DNA from: Fistulifera solaris
Lineage: Eukaryota
Assembly (NCBI GenBank): GCA_030295235.1
Contig: AP026123.1
Span: 2,356,001-2,420,000, forward strand
Length of the DNA stretch: 64,000 nt
Direction: 5' to 3'
In this document: piece after piece, positions 45,945 through 57,746 of the stretch
Layout: each line of letters starts with the position of its first letter
Position numbering within the stretch: position 1 is the first letter of the stretch
Program-made: the position numbers and the translations under genes
Notes under the pieces: model-generated
What the model saw: only the letters and a program-made list of their open reading frames with translations
The model's database searches: none
What the model was told of the DNA's origin: nothing

Positions 45945-47123
45945 ATGATGAGTGCCATGAACTCGTCCAAGCGGCTGTCGCTCAACGCCAGTAAGAGCGA
46001 GTACGGTGGTCGCATCAATCAAATTTTCTTCATCACGTGCGTCGCGTCCTTCCTTTTGCAGTTGTTGGCTTCCGTTGCCTCCTGGAACAATGCCCGTTCT
46101 CTGCAATCGACCATGATGGTGGGGTTTGAAGGTGACAGTGAACTGATTCGACAGCGCCGCATGGAGGTTGCTCCCATCGTTTCGCCGACGGAAACTCCCA
46201 AGCACTCAGGACGGTTACGTGTTTTGTTTGGTATTCTCACCGCAGACTTTCCCAATGATGAAAGTTACCGAAAGCGTCATCGTATGCTGTTTCAGTTATG
46301 GGACGATCCCCGTGTTTGTTCATTACCAGACTTTAAGGCTCGTCCGCTGGAAACACGATACGAATGTCAACTCATTTATACCTTCGTCATGGCAGGGAAT
46401 CCGGAGGCACCACCGGTCTTGGTCAACAACGAGCGCCCGTTCGAAGTCGCCAGACCCATTACCGGCCGATCGAAAGACTTGAACGAGCCGGACACGATTT
46501 TGTTGAACATTCGAGAGAACATGAATGAAGGAAAGAGTCAAACCTGGATGAAGTACGGTGCGGAAATTGCGGAAGAGTACGGTCTCGATTACGTCACGAA
46601 ATGCGATGCCGACTCGTTATTGCATTTGCACGATTTCTTTGAGTGGGCCTACCAGAACTTGCCACCGGCTCCGTACAATACGAATGTGTATGCGGGCGCA
46701 CTGCGCGACAAGGCCTACTGGCCGCGTCATGAGACCGAGCAAGAACGAATTCGTTTTGAATCGTACTTTGGACAAAATTTTGAGGGCGTGCACTTGTATG
46801 TGGCGGGTCAGCTTTACATTGTATCGACCGATTTGGCTCGTTTTATTGGGAAGGAAGCTTACACGAACAACTGTTCTTACTGCGAAGGGCACGAAGACCA
46901 TGATATTTCCGCCATGGCGTTCCACAGTCCCGAGCCGATCAAACTCATGGTGATTGGACGAAACCATCGTTTCTGGGAACATCCCGTCAAAGGAGAGCCG
47001 CGTTGGAGACGAATGTGGCAACGAGAAAGCGCGAGAAAAGCCGGAGTGCCGTTTGAAGGTCGAATGTTTAATGCAAAGAGCTCCTTCCAAGATATCATGG
47101 GTTATCCAGCCACGCAGCAATAA
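45945..47123 (+). CDS. GT31-family (beta-1,3-galactosyltransferase-like) type II membrane glycosyltransferase
   Basis: N-terminal TM segment; ENMNEGKS, YVTKCDADS (DxD), YVAGQLYIVS and GHEDHD. Confidence 0.85.
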   Translation: MMSAMNSSKRLSLNASKSEYGGRINQIFFITCVASFLLQLLASVASWNNARSLQSTMMVGFEGDSELIRQRRMEVAPIVSPTETPKHSGRLRVLFGILTADFPNDESYRKRHRMLFQLWDDPRVCSLPDFKARPLETRYECQLIYTFVMAGNPEAPPVLVNNERPFEVARPITGRSKDLNEPDTILLNIRENMNEGKSQTWMKYGAEIAEEYGLDYVTKCDADSLLHLHDFFEWAYQNLPPAPYNTNVYAGALRDKAYWPRHETEQERIRFESYFGQNFEGVHLYVAGQLYIVSTDLARFIGKEAYTNNCSYCEGHEDHDISAMAFHSPEPIKLMVIGRNHRFWEHPVKGEPRWRRMWQRESARKAGVPFEGRMFNAKSSFQDIMGYPATQQ

Positions 47124-47234
47124 CCATGCGCGTGGGGTGGAAACAACGATAGAGAGTGGATAGGGTTTATTATCGTCATAAGGCAATATCTATAAATCTT
47201 GTTTTTGAAAGAATTGGTAGTCAGTAGCTATAGG

Positions 47235-47901
47235 TTAGCGCTTCCGTTCTCCCTTTGTTGCCTTTTTCCGTCGTTCTTCTTTTAAACGAGCTTTCTCTAG
47301 CTTCGCTTGAGCTGTCTTTTGCTGTTCTTCCTTTTTGTAGTTACACTTTGTTTCCGTAACTCATTCTGTTGTTCTTTCATGGCTAATTCGGCAACTTGCT
47401 TATTCGTCAAGACGACTTCCTCCTCCTTGTCCTCCCCGTCCTCATCGTCATCCTCTTCATCGTAACCGTACCGGGCCACGAGAGCTTGTTTGGCGGCATC
47501 CTCCAGTGATGCCTTCTTTTTCTCTTGTTCTCTTTCTACTTTCAGTCGTTCCGCTTCTAACGCCGCTTGTCGTTCGCGTTCCAGTTGTTCTTGATACAGT
47601 TGTTCCTCCCGTTCATGTTGTTCTTTTTGTTTTTGTTGAAACCCTTTTGATGTTCGTCCCATTCCTTTTGCAAATCCGTTCGTAACACATTCCACACAGT
47701 CGTATCATCGCAATGCGTTTCCGAACTGGCTCGTAACAATTCTAAAACAGACTCCCATTCGTCTTCATCCTCCTCGGTTAACAACAGGGGAATGAGATAC
47801 GTGCCGTACGTTTCGTAATCCAAGCCCAGTTGTTCCAGTCGTTGCGACAGAAACGGTTCCATTGCTTGTCGAGCTTCTTCCTCGGCGTCGGGATTGCTCA
47901 T
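47235..47901 (-). CDS. CCDC43: CCDC43-like coiled-coil protein (frameshifts in A-runs)
   Basis: FLSQRLEQLGLDYETYGTYL N-terminal PWI-like motif; KQALVARYG; basic tail EERRKKATKGERKR*. Confidence 0.75.
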
Positions 47902-48261
47902 TCTCGGCGGAATTTGTAGAAAAAAGGGTAACAGTTGCTAATTATGGAAGGCATCGTTGTTGCGTTGCAAGTCGTCGCAAGTAACGAAGCACTCTTGACT
48001 GAAATCCAGTCGTGATAAAAAAGTCGTTGACACTTTATTGTTTTGACAGTCAAAAACCGTCTACCTTTTACTGCACATACAGTACTCAATTGCAGGGTCT
48101 GTCGACTGTCCGTTTACAGCCGTCTGTCCGATGACAGTCCGATTCCTGCACCACCACCGTCCAAGCTTTTTTTACTGCCTCTTGCTTCACAACATTTTTT
48201 TCGTTCCACAACATCCACCCATCATTCTTTACCTTGCGATTCTATTTCGCCACAAGACACC

Positions 48262-51200
48262 ATGAAACGCCCTCCACAACATGACACGGATGACACTGAC
48301 GACAACAACAGTGACGACGGCGAACTGATGCTCGTCGAAGAAGAGAAAATCGAAGCAGTACCCTTCTTGGATACCTTCTATGGACTCTCCTCGATGGATC
48401 CACAAGAACGTGCCGAAGCCGCACAAGATATGATACAGCACTGTTTGTTGGGTCCACAGGCCAATACGAAAGATGCCGCGTATGCCTTGAAGCGGTTGTT
48501 GAATGCCTTGTGTTCGGGACGCGCGGCGGCGCGGCAGGGCAACGCGTCGGCCTTGGTGGCCTTTCTCAAAGTGGCGCAAGAGACCAACGCGTTTCAAGAC
48601 ATTCAAAAGGAAACGAAAGTGTCACAGAACAAACAACAAGAGAATCCAGTGGTTGATGCGGTTGTTTCGGATCGAGTCTTTGTGCGCAATCAGTTGCTCG
48701 CGGCGACGACCGAACCCGGGGATAGTCGAAAGAAAAAGGGATCGGAGGAACGCGATTACGTGTTTGGACGTCTGTTTGGTATCTTGGCTGTACAAAGAGT
48801 GGCATGTTGCTACCCAGCAACAGCGATGATGACATGGAAGAAATTGTGACCGTGTCGAAACAGTACATTTCCGATCTCATTCAGCTCTTTCATTTCAAGA
48901 AATGGATGAAAGAATCGGCAGCGCATGCTATTTGTATGCTCCTCAACTCGTACTATTATGCCAGCGAAGAAATCTTGCCCAATGCCAAGGCAATTGTGGA
49001 TCGGTTGGTGAGAGAAAGCATTGTGCCCGAATTGCTGTCGACGACGTTGTCGGAGCTCTCGGCGGAACAGTTAGCGGTAGCCATTCATATTCAATCGCAC
49101 GTGCACTATCATTCTCAAACACTTCCAGCGCCCTTAGAAGAAGCTGTTTTGTCCGTGGAAACGATCCCTACGCTGGCGCTTGCCTTGAGTGAGACGAGCG
49201 CCGTGACACAACCTCGAACGCATTTGGTATGGGATGTCATTTGGACCTTTCTCACCGAGACTTCTACGGAGGAGGCAAGCACGAAAGCGTCTTCGAATGA
49301 TGTTCGTCGACCACGTAAAGTTACTCCGGTAGGTTCCGAGAGTGTGGAAGACGTGTTGGTGGCATTGATTCAGCATGTTGTGACGCAGAGGTTACTCGGC
49401 ATCATGCTGGATGACGAACCGAAACAATACGGCGAATCTGCAGCAGGAAAGGCTACTCATGAACGACGTGCGTTAGCACTTTGTATTGTACGAAATCTTT
49501 CGGGGTGGAGTTTGTGTCTTCTTTGACGGGAAGAACAGTTCTTAACATGACACCATCCATAATGGAAAATGTAGCGCTTAATTCCAATCTGGTGCGTCGG
49601 CTTTTTATCGATGTCATTGGGGCTGGGACAGCAACAGGTAGAAAGGGGAAACAAGCGGAACATATTCTTAAACCTTTGCTACACAAGTGTTGGAATTCAT
49701 TGTTGCGCGGGCTCTCTCTGATTTAGGAAATGATAAGGTGGACGAAGTTGGTTCAAACGAGATGTGCCTATCGATATTACGAGGTATACTGCGTTGTGAT
49801 GCGCATTTTGATTCGAGTACAAAGACGAACACTATTTCGACAATCCTGGAAACAAAGACAAAGCAATTCGACGAGCAATTTTGGATTTCGTACATACAAT
49901 TTTTGGAACGTGAGGTCTTAGCCAATCACTCTGCGCACTTCGTTGATTCGATGTACCAAGCCGCTAAGACTCTGGATAAAAATACAGAGTCGACAGTGGC
50001 TGCCAACTTGAGCAAAGGTATACTCAACTTCTTCTTGGCATCGGCATTCTTCGATTGCAGCTCCGTCGAAGCAGCGGCTGAGGAGTCCGTTCAAACATCA
50101 GCGAAAAAGAAGAAGAATAAGAAGAAGAAATCGTCCAGTCATGTGGAAATTTCCCAAGTGTTGCAACTCGCTGTGCGGTTGAACACCAAACAACCCTACA
50201 ACGTCCGTTCAGTTGCTTCAGCCCGGTTCTTTTCTTTGTTGTCAGAACTACAAATTCGAGCATCTCAATCACAAGGAACCAACAAAGATCAAGAAGTTTT
50301 GACAATCCTCGCTTCACCACGCATATTGTGTTCGGAGCTGCAGCTAGTTGGTGCAAAACCTCTGGTCGCATGGGATGAATCGACTGCGACAGATAAGGAT
50401 GATTTTTCACCACTAGAACTAGTTTCTTTGTTATGTGACGGAGCCAAGAAAAGTTTAGACGATGATCCATCAAGCACAAAGGCGAGATTTGTGTGCGGAC
50501 TAGCGATTCTCGCCTCTGTACTCTATGTTCGCCTCCTTTCGTGTGGCGAAGACGAAGTATCCACGGGAGAGGACGATTTAGATGCCGATGACGATGAAGA
50601 CAGGGAAGAAGTCTTGTCATTTCTTTCCGATGTTCGGGAAGTCTATGAAACCTTTTCCACCGAAGGAACTGTTGATATTTCGTCCCTTGCTGAAATGTGC
50701 ACAAACATCATCTCCTCTCCTCTCGGCGCTGGAGGTAGAAGCCTTGGTGCATCACCGACATTGCTTCGAGAAGCGGTGCGAATTCTTTGGACCAAGACTC
50801 TCACTCACGCATCATCGATCGGTGGAACTGTGATCAACACAGAAACTGTTGATACATTACTTCTTGGTATCGGTATTGATAGATCAGATGAGCACGCGCA
50901 GGAAAATGATGGGGGCGACGAATTAGGCGACAGCGAAGATGAAAATGGCGTTTTCGTTGAAGCGACCGAAGTTGAAGACGACGAAGATAGCGAAGATAGT
51001 AACGATCTTCTCTCTAAACCTTCAAACGATAGGGACGACGATGATTCGGAGAACGATGTTGAAGTAGACCCCTCAAAGCTGCAGTCCTTGCTGGAACAGG
51101 AGCTTGAAGACGACTCCTCTGTGGGAGAAGAACTGGAACATCATGAAGGCGCTGATGCTGCTTTGGCTAAGCTGATTCAGCTGAAACAAGAAGCTCGTAA

Positions 51201-52371
51201 GGCCGGCCAGAAAGCCAAAGAAAGACTCGAACTTTCCCGCCAAATTAAGTGCACGCTACTTCTTGAGACCCTGCTTTCCGGTAAACCAGATGGATGGGGT
51301 TGTCTTCTCACGACTGATGCCCTCCTTGATATTGCGTTTGCCTTGCTGCAGTATCACCGAAGGTTGGAAAAAGCTATCAAGAGCTCATCAGACAAGGGAT
51401 CCGATATTTCATTGTCAGAAAGAAAAGCCATGCTAGCGAGGATCACATCGATTTTGAAAAACAAACTCTTCAAGTTCAAACTGTCCAGTATATCGTGGTC
51501 CAGCCCGGAAGCCGCTCAAGTTTATGCTGAGAATATGTCTGTTTCGCTGTTTCAGGAAATACGTCAGAGTCCGGACAAAGAGCACCAGCAATTATGCAGC
51601 AGTGCGATTGTTTTTCTGACCCGTTGTATTGACTCGCTGGATGGACGACTTGAAATTGCCAAACATTTTACAGCAGTAGTTGATGAATGGGCCCACAGAC
51701 GCACAGGGAAACTAGATGCGAGTTTCTTTGACCATCTCATCCACCAGAACCCATCGTATGCGCAGGTGTCCTTGACCCACGAGCTAGCAAAAGCCGCCGC
51801 TACCGCACGGTCACCATTTTTAAAATCGGAAGCATTCCGACTTCTTGGCTTACTACATAATCCCAAATTGTCGACGGGTCAGAAAGAGTTGGGAGAACTT
51901 GGCGACGCTCGTGTTGTTGCCGCTAGTGATACCGTAATTGATGCTGTCATCAGTGCTTTCGAAGACCCTGAGATGAAGAAAGCCAAGCGCATTCGTGAAG
52001 TCATAAAAACCTTGGAGAAAATTGTGGTATTTCTTTCAGCCAAGCCTTCAGCCTCCCATGAGAAACAATTAGATCGTCTCATGGAACTTTTACAGCAGTC
52101 ACTGAAAAGTTCCGAAAGTAAGGGAATTCAATCGTCGTGCGAAAAAGTTATTAGCCTGATACACGAACTGAAAAACAAACCTACCAGCAACGAAAGTATG
52201 GAAGTAGAGAACGAGGATGCAAAGGATGATAGCAACAATGATCCTATGCAGGTGGATGAAGCCAGGTCGGATGATGAAAGCGCTGACGAAAATGAAAGCT
52301 CTCATGGTGACGGCAAGAAGAAAAAGAAGAGCAAATCGAAGAAAAAGAAAGGAAAATCTAAGAAGAAGTAA
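48262..52371 (+). CDS. MYBBP1A: MYBBP1A / Pol5 (DNA polymerase phi) nucleolar protein, several frameshifts
   Basis: YALKRLLNALCSGRAAARQGNASAL, EERDYVFGRLFG, ADAALAKL, acidic tract and poly-Lys C-terminus. Confidence 0.9.
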
Positions 52372-52480
52372 TTTAGTTGTCTTTGGTTAAATTGTAAGGT
52401 TAACTCTGCATTTGTTTGGCCTCATTGGTTGAATGTTAGTAGCGACTATGACGAGCTAGTTTCATAAAAATTCATGTTCT

Positions 52481-54288
52481 TCATGCACCCAACAAATCAA
52501 CTCGGCGATTGAGAATCGAAATCGCATCCGCAAGTTCCATCGAAATGAAGCCCTTGGCTTGCAGCATGGCCATGGCTTCTTCTGCCAGTCGATCGTCTTG
52601 TACAAAGGGATCCATGGTCAATGGGGCGGGTATACCCGCCAATCCACAAAGTGCATTGCCCACGCCACTCAATTCCGAGTATTCCATACTCATCCACCGG
52701 GTCACGTCCAAAAGACGCTGTACCGTCAACGGAAGCTCCGTCATCGTAGCAAAAATACCAAAGACCGACTGAACCTGAGTGGCAAACACCCGTGATCCGG
52801 ATTCGGCCAATTCCAACGTCATTCCGTCGGCATTCAATGCCACTTGAAGAAATTGTTCCGCCAATAACGAAAGGACGGATTCTCGCATTCGTTGGGACGC
52901 GTACTCGGGCAACGGACCGGCATTTTCGGGAACGATGGTTTCTTGATAAAAACGCGTCAGTACCTGTCGAACTTCCATTATCTCTACAGCATCGTCCTCG
53001 GTGAATTTATCATTGGATGCGACAAGAAACGAACATCGCATCAAGTACGACGCGAGTTTCGCCCCATTCAACAAAAATCCGTTCCACCAGAGTCTTGGCA
53101 AACAAGTCTTCGACAATCGCAGTCTCCAATCCTTGCAACGACACGGCAAATTGCCACAAATCATTCGTGACTTCATCCTCTGATTCATGTTGTTGCAAGA
53201 AATCCACAATCAAATGCGTTCCTTGCATCCATTCACTCCACTGAATATAATCGGTGGGACGCAATTTCATGGCTTTGTCTTGCCACACATCCAATAGTTT
53301 GGTCCCGAACGGTGCCACGACGGTCGTGACATACATACTGCGCAACGAAACCAACGATGCTTTGCGTTGCATCGATCGGAATCGTGCACACACGAGTTCC
53401 GCACAATGCGTCATACTTTCCTCTTCAAACGTCTCCCACAACGCCACTTGTTGTTCATTTTGCAACCACCAATCCCACAATTCGTCATCGCCCACCACGA
53501 ACACATCCACCAATCGACGGACGGGTCCTCCCAAATCTTGCATCTTGGCGTCAAACAGAAACAATTGTTCCACGTGTTTCATTAATATCGGTTCGGGGGC
53601 ATCGCGAAACACATTTCGTTCCGTCAAAACGTATTGCAACAATTGCACGAGTTCTTCTAGAAACTGGACCGAATCTTGCCCCAACACTAATTGCACAAAC
53701 TCCCAAACACCCGATTCAAAAATGTGCGTTTGCACATATTGGAAAAAGCCATTTTGTGAGACGCTCCGTCTTGAACGTCGTGGGACGGTCGGGATCGTGT
53801 GTCACAAAATGAAATTGCAAGCGTTCCACCCAGGGTCGCATGAATGCGCGCACCACTCGGCAAGTCTTCCTATCGTGAATTCCAAAATGCTTCAACAATC
53901 GCGTTTCACTCGCTTGCAATCGTTGCAACATTCGACACACTTGAATCAATTCCGAAGATACCTTGGGACATTGTTGGGGATACTCTTGCAACAAAGTGTG
54001 CAATTGTTGTTGATACAAGGATTGATAGTACACCAGCCACGGAAAATATTCTTGTTCCGCCAACCGTTGTACGAACGAACGAGGAGCTGTAGATTGTATC
54101 AATAACAGTTCCAGTGCTTCCATGGTCTCCACAATCGAGGAGTCATTGTCTTCGATAGTTTTGTCTTCTGCCAATGGCTCTTGATGTCGATGCGCGAGTT
54201 GCGTGACGGCATGCCACAAAGACAATTCATCGATTTGCGATAACAATGCCTGATGCCGGGGCAACGAAACTTCATTCTCATCGGGCAT
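52481..54288 (-). CDS. RINT1: RINT1/Tip20-like tethering subunit (two frameshifts)
   Basis: RPWVERLQFHF...T...KWLF resembles the RINT1/Tip20 PxxxRFxFHF...PEW motif. KHVEQLFLFD and C-terminal AISILNRRVD also fit. Confidence 0.7.
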
Positions 54289-54401
54289 TCTTAAAAAGGA
54301 TAAAGAAATGAACTAGATATTGAATGTATGATGCTGGATATAAAAATTTGAATAGTATATGCTCCTCATGGTCATCCTTCCGCGACAGAAACGGCTACGC
54401 C

Positions 54402-54536
54402 CATTCCCGATTTTCTGGATACGTGAAAATACCCCATCCCCAGATATTCTGGAGATGTCAAATTACCACACTCCCAGATTTTCTGGATACAAGAAACATC
54501 ATCATCCCCAGATTTTCTTGAGACGTGAAAATACCG
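54402..54536. repeat. 34-bp minisatellite, 4 copies
   Basis: Units start at 54402, 54435, 54469 and 54503; consensus CATCCCCAGATTTTCTGGA(T/G)ACGTGAAAATACCN. Confidence 0.85.
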
Positions 54537-54658
54537 TATTTTACAGAGGGAAACCCGGATATGCGGCCGTTGACAATCAAAACATCACCGACAACATCCG
54601 TAAGAAAGTCCTCTTTATTCATCGTGAATGCTATTCATCCTCTTCTACACAATACACA

Positions 54659-55894
54659 ATGACAACTACCAATACAACACCCGACTGGAATTTGGCCTAC
54701 CAGCAGTTGCAAGCGGCCCAAAAACGGGTCGAATTGCTGCAAGAACAGGTCCAATTGGATCGTCTGTTGTTGCAACAAGACAAGCGCAATTTTCGGCGGC
54801 GTGTGAAAGCACGGAATGCCGCGTTACGACACGAGCGACAAGAACAACAGGAGACCAACTCGAACAGCAATCAGCAACAACAAAGTATACAAGAACTGGA
54901 AGAACGCCTGCAACAATACCAACAACAAATTCAAAAGCAGCAACAAACCGAACACGAATTACAGGAACGAATTCTCCGTTACGAAATGCAATTACTCGAA
55001 TTGGAGCGTCCCACCGTTAAAGAAGAGGAGCCACGTATCAGCGAAACTTCGAATGCCCGACATTTGTTGTTGTTGCAAGAACAAGAGTTGCAACAAAAAC
55101 ACGCGCAACAACTGCAGCAACAACAGGAAGAATTGACGGCATTGCGGCAAGCGGATCGTGTTGCGTGGGACAAGGAACGAACAACATTGCAACAACAAAT
55201 CCATGAATTGCAGCAACAACAGCAACCGAAAGAGCCACGAATGGAGCCAAAACAGCCAGTAGAGACAGCACCCACGCCGGCTTTAGTGACATCCACCCCT
55301 GTTACGTCTGCCATTCCTTCTATTCCTTCTCCTCCTACTCCTCCTTCCGACAATAATAACAATACACAATGGGTCATGGAACACGCGTGGCAGAGTGAAA
55401 CCTATGCGGGTTTGTATACCGGCACGTGGGATGGACAACAGCCGCACGGTGTGGGTACCCTGCGGGTCGATGATGGGACGGTACTACATGGCCACTGGCA
55501 GCAGGGACTATTGCATCAGCACGGGGTCATTGCGTCCATGGATGGCGATTTGTATTACGGGGCTTTCTCGGAGGGTCGCAAACACGGCTACGGCGTCTTG
55601 GTGTGGAGTGATGGACGATTGTATATGGGATTGTTTCGGGACGGACTCCGGGAATGTCCGGATGCGACCATGACGTGGCCGTACGGAGCCACGTATCGTG
55701 GCAGTTTTCGACACGACAAACGGAATGGTCCCGGTGTCTATGTCTATGCCGATGGTCGGTGTTATACCGGTATGTATCAAGACGATCGGCCGCATGGACC
55801 CGGGACCTTGACCGACAAAAATGGGAATGTTTTGTATCAAGGACAATGGGAATGGGGGAGTTCTTGCCGCATGCGAAATAATAATGACGAATAG
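54659..55894 (+). CDS. Gln-rich coiled-coil protein with C-terminal MORN repeats
   Basis: Repeats YTGTW..PHGVG, YYGAF..GRKHGYG, YRGSF..DKRNGPG and YTGMY..DRPHGPG. Confidence 0.9.
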   Translation: MTTTNTTPDWNLAYQQLQAAQKRVELLQEQVQLDRLLLQQDKRNFRRRVKARNAALRHERQEQQETNSNSNQQQQSIQELEERLQQYQQQIQKQQQTEHELQERILRYEMQLLELERPTVKEEEPRISETSNARHLLLLQEQELQQKHAQQLQQQQEELTALRQADRVAWDKERTTLQQQIHELQQQQQPKEPRMEPKQPVETAPTPALVTSTPVTSAIPSIPSPPTPPSDNNNNTQWVMEHAWQSETYAGLYTGTWDGQQPHGVGTLRVDDGTVLHGHWQQGLLHQHGVIASMDGDLYYGAFSEGRKHGYGVLVWSDGRLYMGLFRDGLRECPDATMTWPYGATYRGSFRHDKRNGPGVYVYADGRCYTGMYQDDRPHGPGTLTDKNGNVLYQGQWEWGSSCRMRNNNDE

Positions 55895-56048
55895 GAGGGA
55901 GAGCGACGAATGAGTAGAAGCCTCTAGAGCAATGAGTCAAACGTAGTATTTGGAACGAACCAGTAGGAAAGGAAGGCATGGTGCAACAATGTGCTAATCT
56001 TTTTAAGAAAAAGATAGTATGTCGTAGCAATAACATGATTCGTTATTC

Positions 56049-56828
56049 TTATATTGTCTTGGGAGTATGTTTCCCGCGTTTGCGATGACTGGACGTCGTA
56101 TCCCATCCCCATTGACTCAAATACTGCTGAAATTCCACCTTGCACCGTTGCACCATACTCGACATGTACCGTCGTGGCGCCGTCTCGTATAACGGCAAAC
56201 TCTCCAAATGATCCGGAATGTGTTGATAGTGTTTTTGTTTGTTCCTCCGACAACCACCACCCCGCAAATACCATCGACACGCCAAATACGTTACAAAATA
56301 CAGACCCGCCGTTTGGTATGCCGTCGTGGCCGCCGGCAATCGTTCCAGTGGCAACATGTGGACGGGTCGCGTCCGAACGCGATGGTGCGTATTGGTAATG
56401 TACGTATTTTGAACCGGCAAGGCACCGTGGATATAAAAGGGTTGAAGATCCAACAACAAGCCCAACCACAATAAGACACCGAAAGCAATGAGTGAAAAGG
56501 ACGCACACGTCTGTGCACAACCGCGTTTCGTCAACAACGGTGTCGGTGGTAATTTGTGCCGTACCGGGACATCGTCGTCTTGTAATGGATAATGATAACT
56601 GGATCGGGCGTATTGGGCATCGGACAAGTGATGGGCCGTGCGATGTAGTTTCCATTGCGGTGGCGGTAATTCAATAATGGTGGTTGTTGTAAGTGTAGTA
56701 GTCGATGATAAAGTCTCATACGAATGATGATCCAATGGACCTCGAGCACGTCGTTTGGAAATTCCCATGGGTGGCAACGATGACATGGGCAATGGTGAGG
56801 ATCGTCCCGGTTCGTTGCGTGGTCGCAT
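56049..56828 (-). CDS. RNASEK / V-ATPase subunit f-like two-TM protein with long extensions
   Basis: CAQTCASFSLIAFGVLLWLGLLL...AATTAYQTAGLYFVT fits the RNase-kappa family C..S....L..LG...AGLY hairpin. Confidence 0.5.
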   Translation of the reverse strand: MRPRNEPGRSSPLPMSSLPPMGISKRRARGPLDHHSYETLSSTTTLTTTTIIELPPPQWKLHRTAHHLSDAQYARSSYHYPLQDDDVPVRHKLPPTPLLTKRGCAQTCASFSLIAFGVLLWLGLLLDLQPFYIHGALPVQNTYITNTHHRVRTRPVHMLPLERLPAATTAYQTAGLYFVTYLACRWYLRGGGCRRNKQKHYQHIPDHLESLPLYETAPRRYMSSMVQRCKVEFQQYLSQWGWDTTSSHRKRGKHTPKTI

Positions 56829-57746
56829 GGCGTGTGTATATATTGTGTTGCGAATTACGCTTGCTCCTTCATTCAAATTTGTTATGAATTGAGCTAGCCG
56901 TTGTGATATTATCTTCAAACGAAAGAAACCGAAAAACAGAATGAACGAATGACGGTCCAGGGCATCGATTTTTCAGTCGTTATCGTTGATTGCTTGTTTC
57001 TTTTCCCCTCAACACAAAAGGATCATTCCACCTATTGTTTGTTGAATACAGAATGAATGCTAAATAGATGATAATGTAGAAGGAATGAGAATAGAAAGTC
57101 GATTGAAACGGGCCTCCATGGTGTCATTCTCTCTTTGGTGTGTCCTCGCATGACCCTTTTTGTTTGTTGTTTGTTTTCTCGTCCGTCCGTCCGACTCCCG
57201 CGAAACACGAATGGATCGGCCATACGGCCAGACCAACAGAAGAAAACCAAAGAAACGCCTTTCGCCTAGGTACAAGAAGTAGTCTCTAGAGGTCAAGTAA
57301 CCATCTATAATTGACGAGCCGATGATGCTCCAAGCCACTGCTGTGTAAAGCACGATCATTTGCGTCAGCCACCACCCCAAATGTTGCCCTTCTACCTTAG
57401 TATCATCGAAAGTGGAGGCTCCACTTAAACACGACTGAATTGTTCAGTCACGAGGATATGTCAAAAAGAACCCGGAGGCACTGACTTCAACGCATCGATC
57501 GGCGGACGCAGAACTAAAAATACCGAGAAAGGAAGCATGTCCAAACCAACCTCAACTTTCACAACAGCTTCTTTGCTACTCCATAGTTTGCTTTTCCAAT
57601 CTTCAAACGACGACAAGGAGAAGACGCGGTCCACTCAAGCAAGGAAAAGAAACAACCACGCGCTCTTTGACAGAAAGCAACAACAAAGGCCCCAAACCGT
57701 CGACGTACAATCTATTTCTCCTCTCATTCCACTCGACAAAACAATA

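Noticed and set aside
54402..54536. CRISPR-like array
   Set aside because: The units are contiguous with no unique spacers, there are no cas genes, and the context is eukaryotic.
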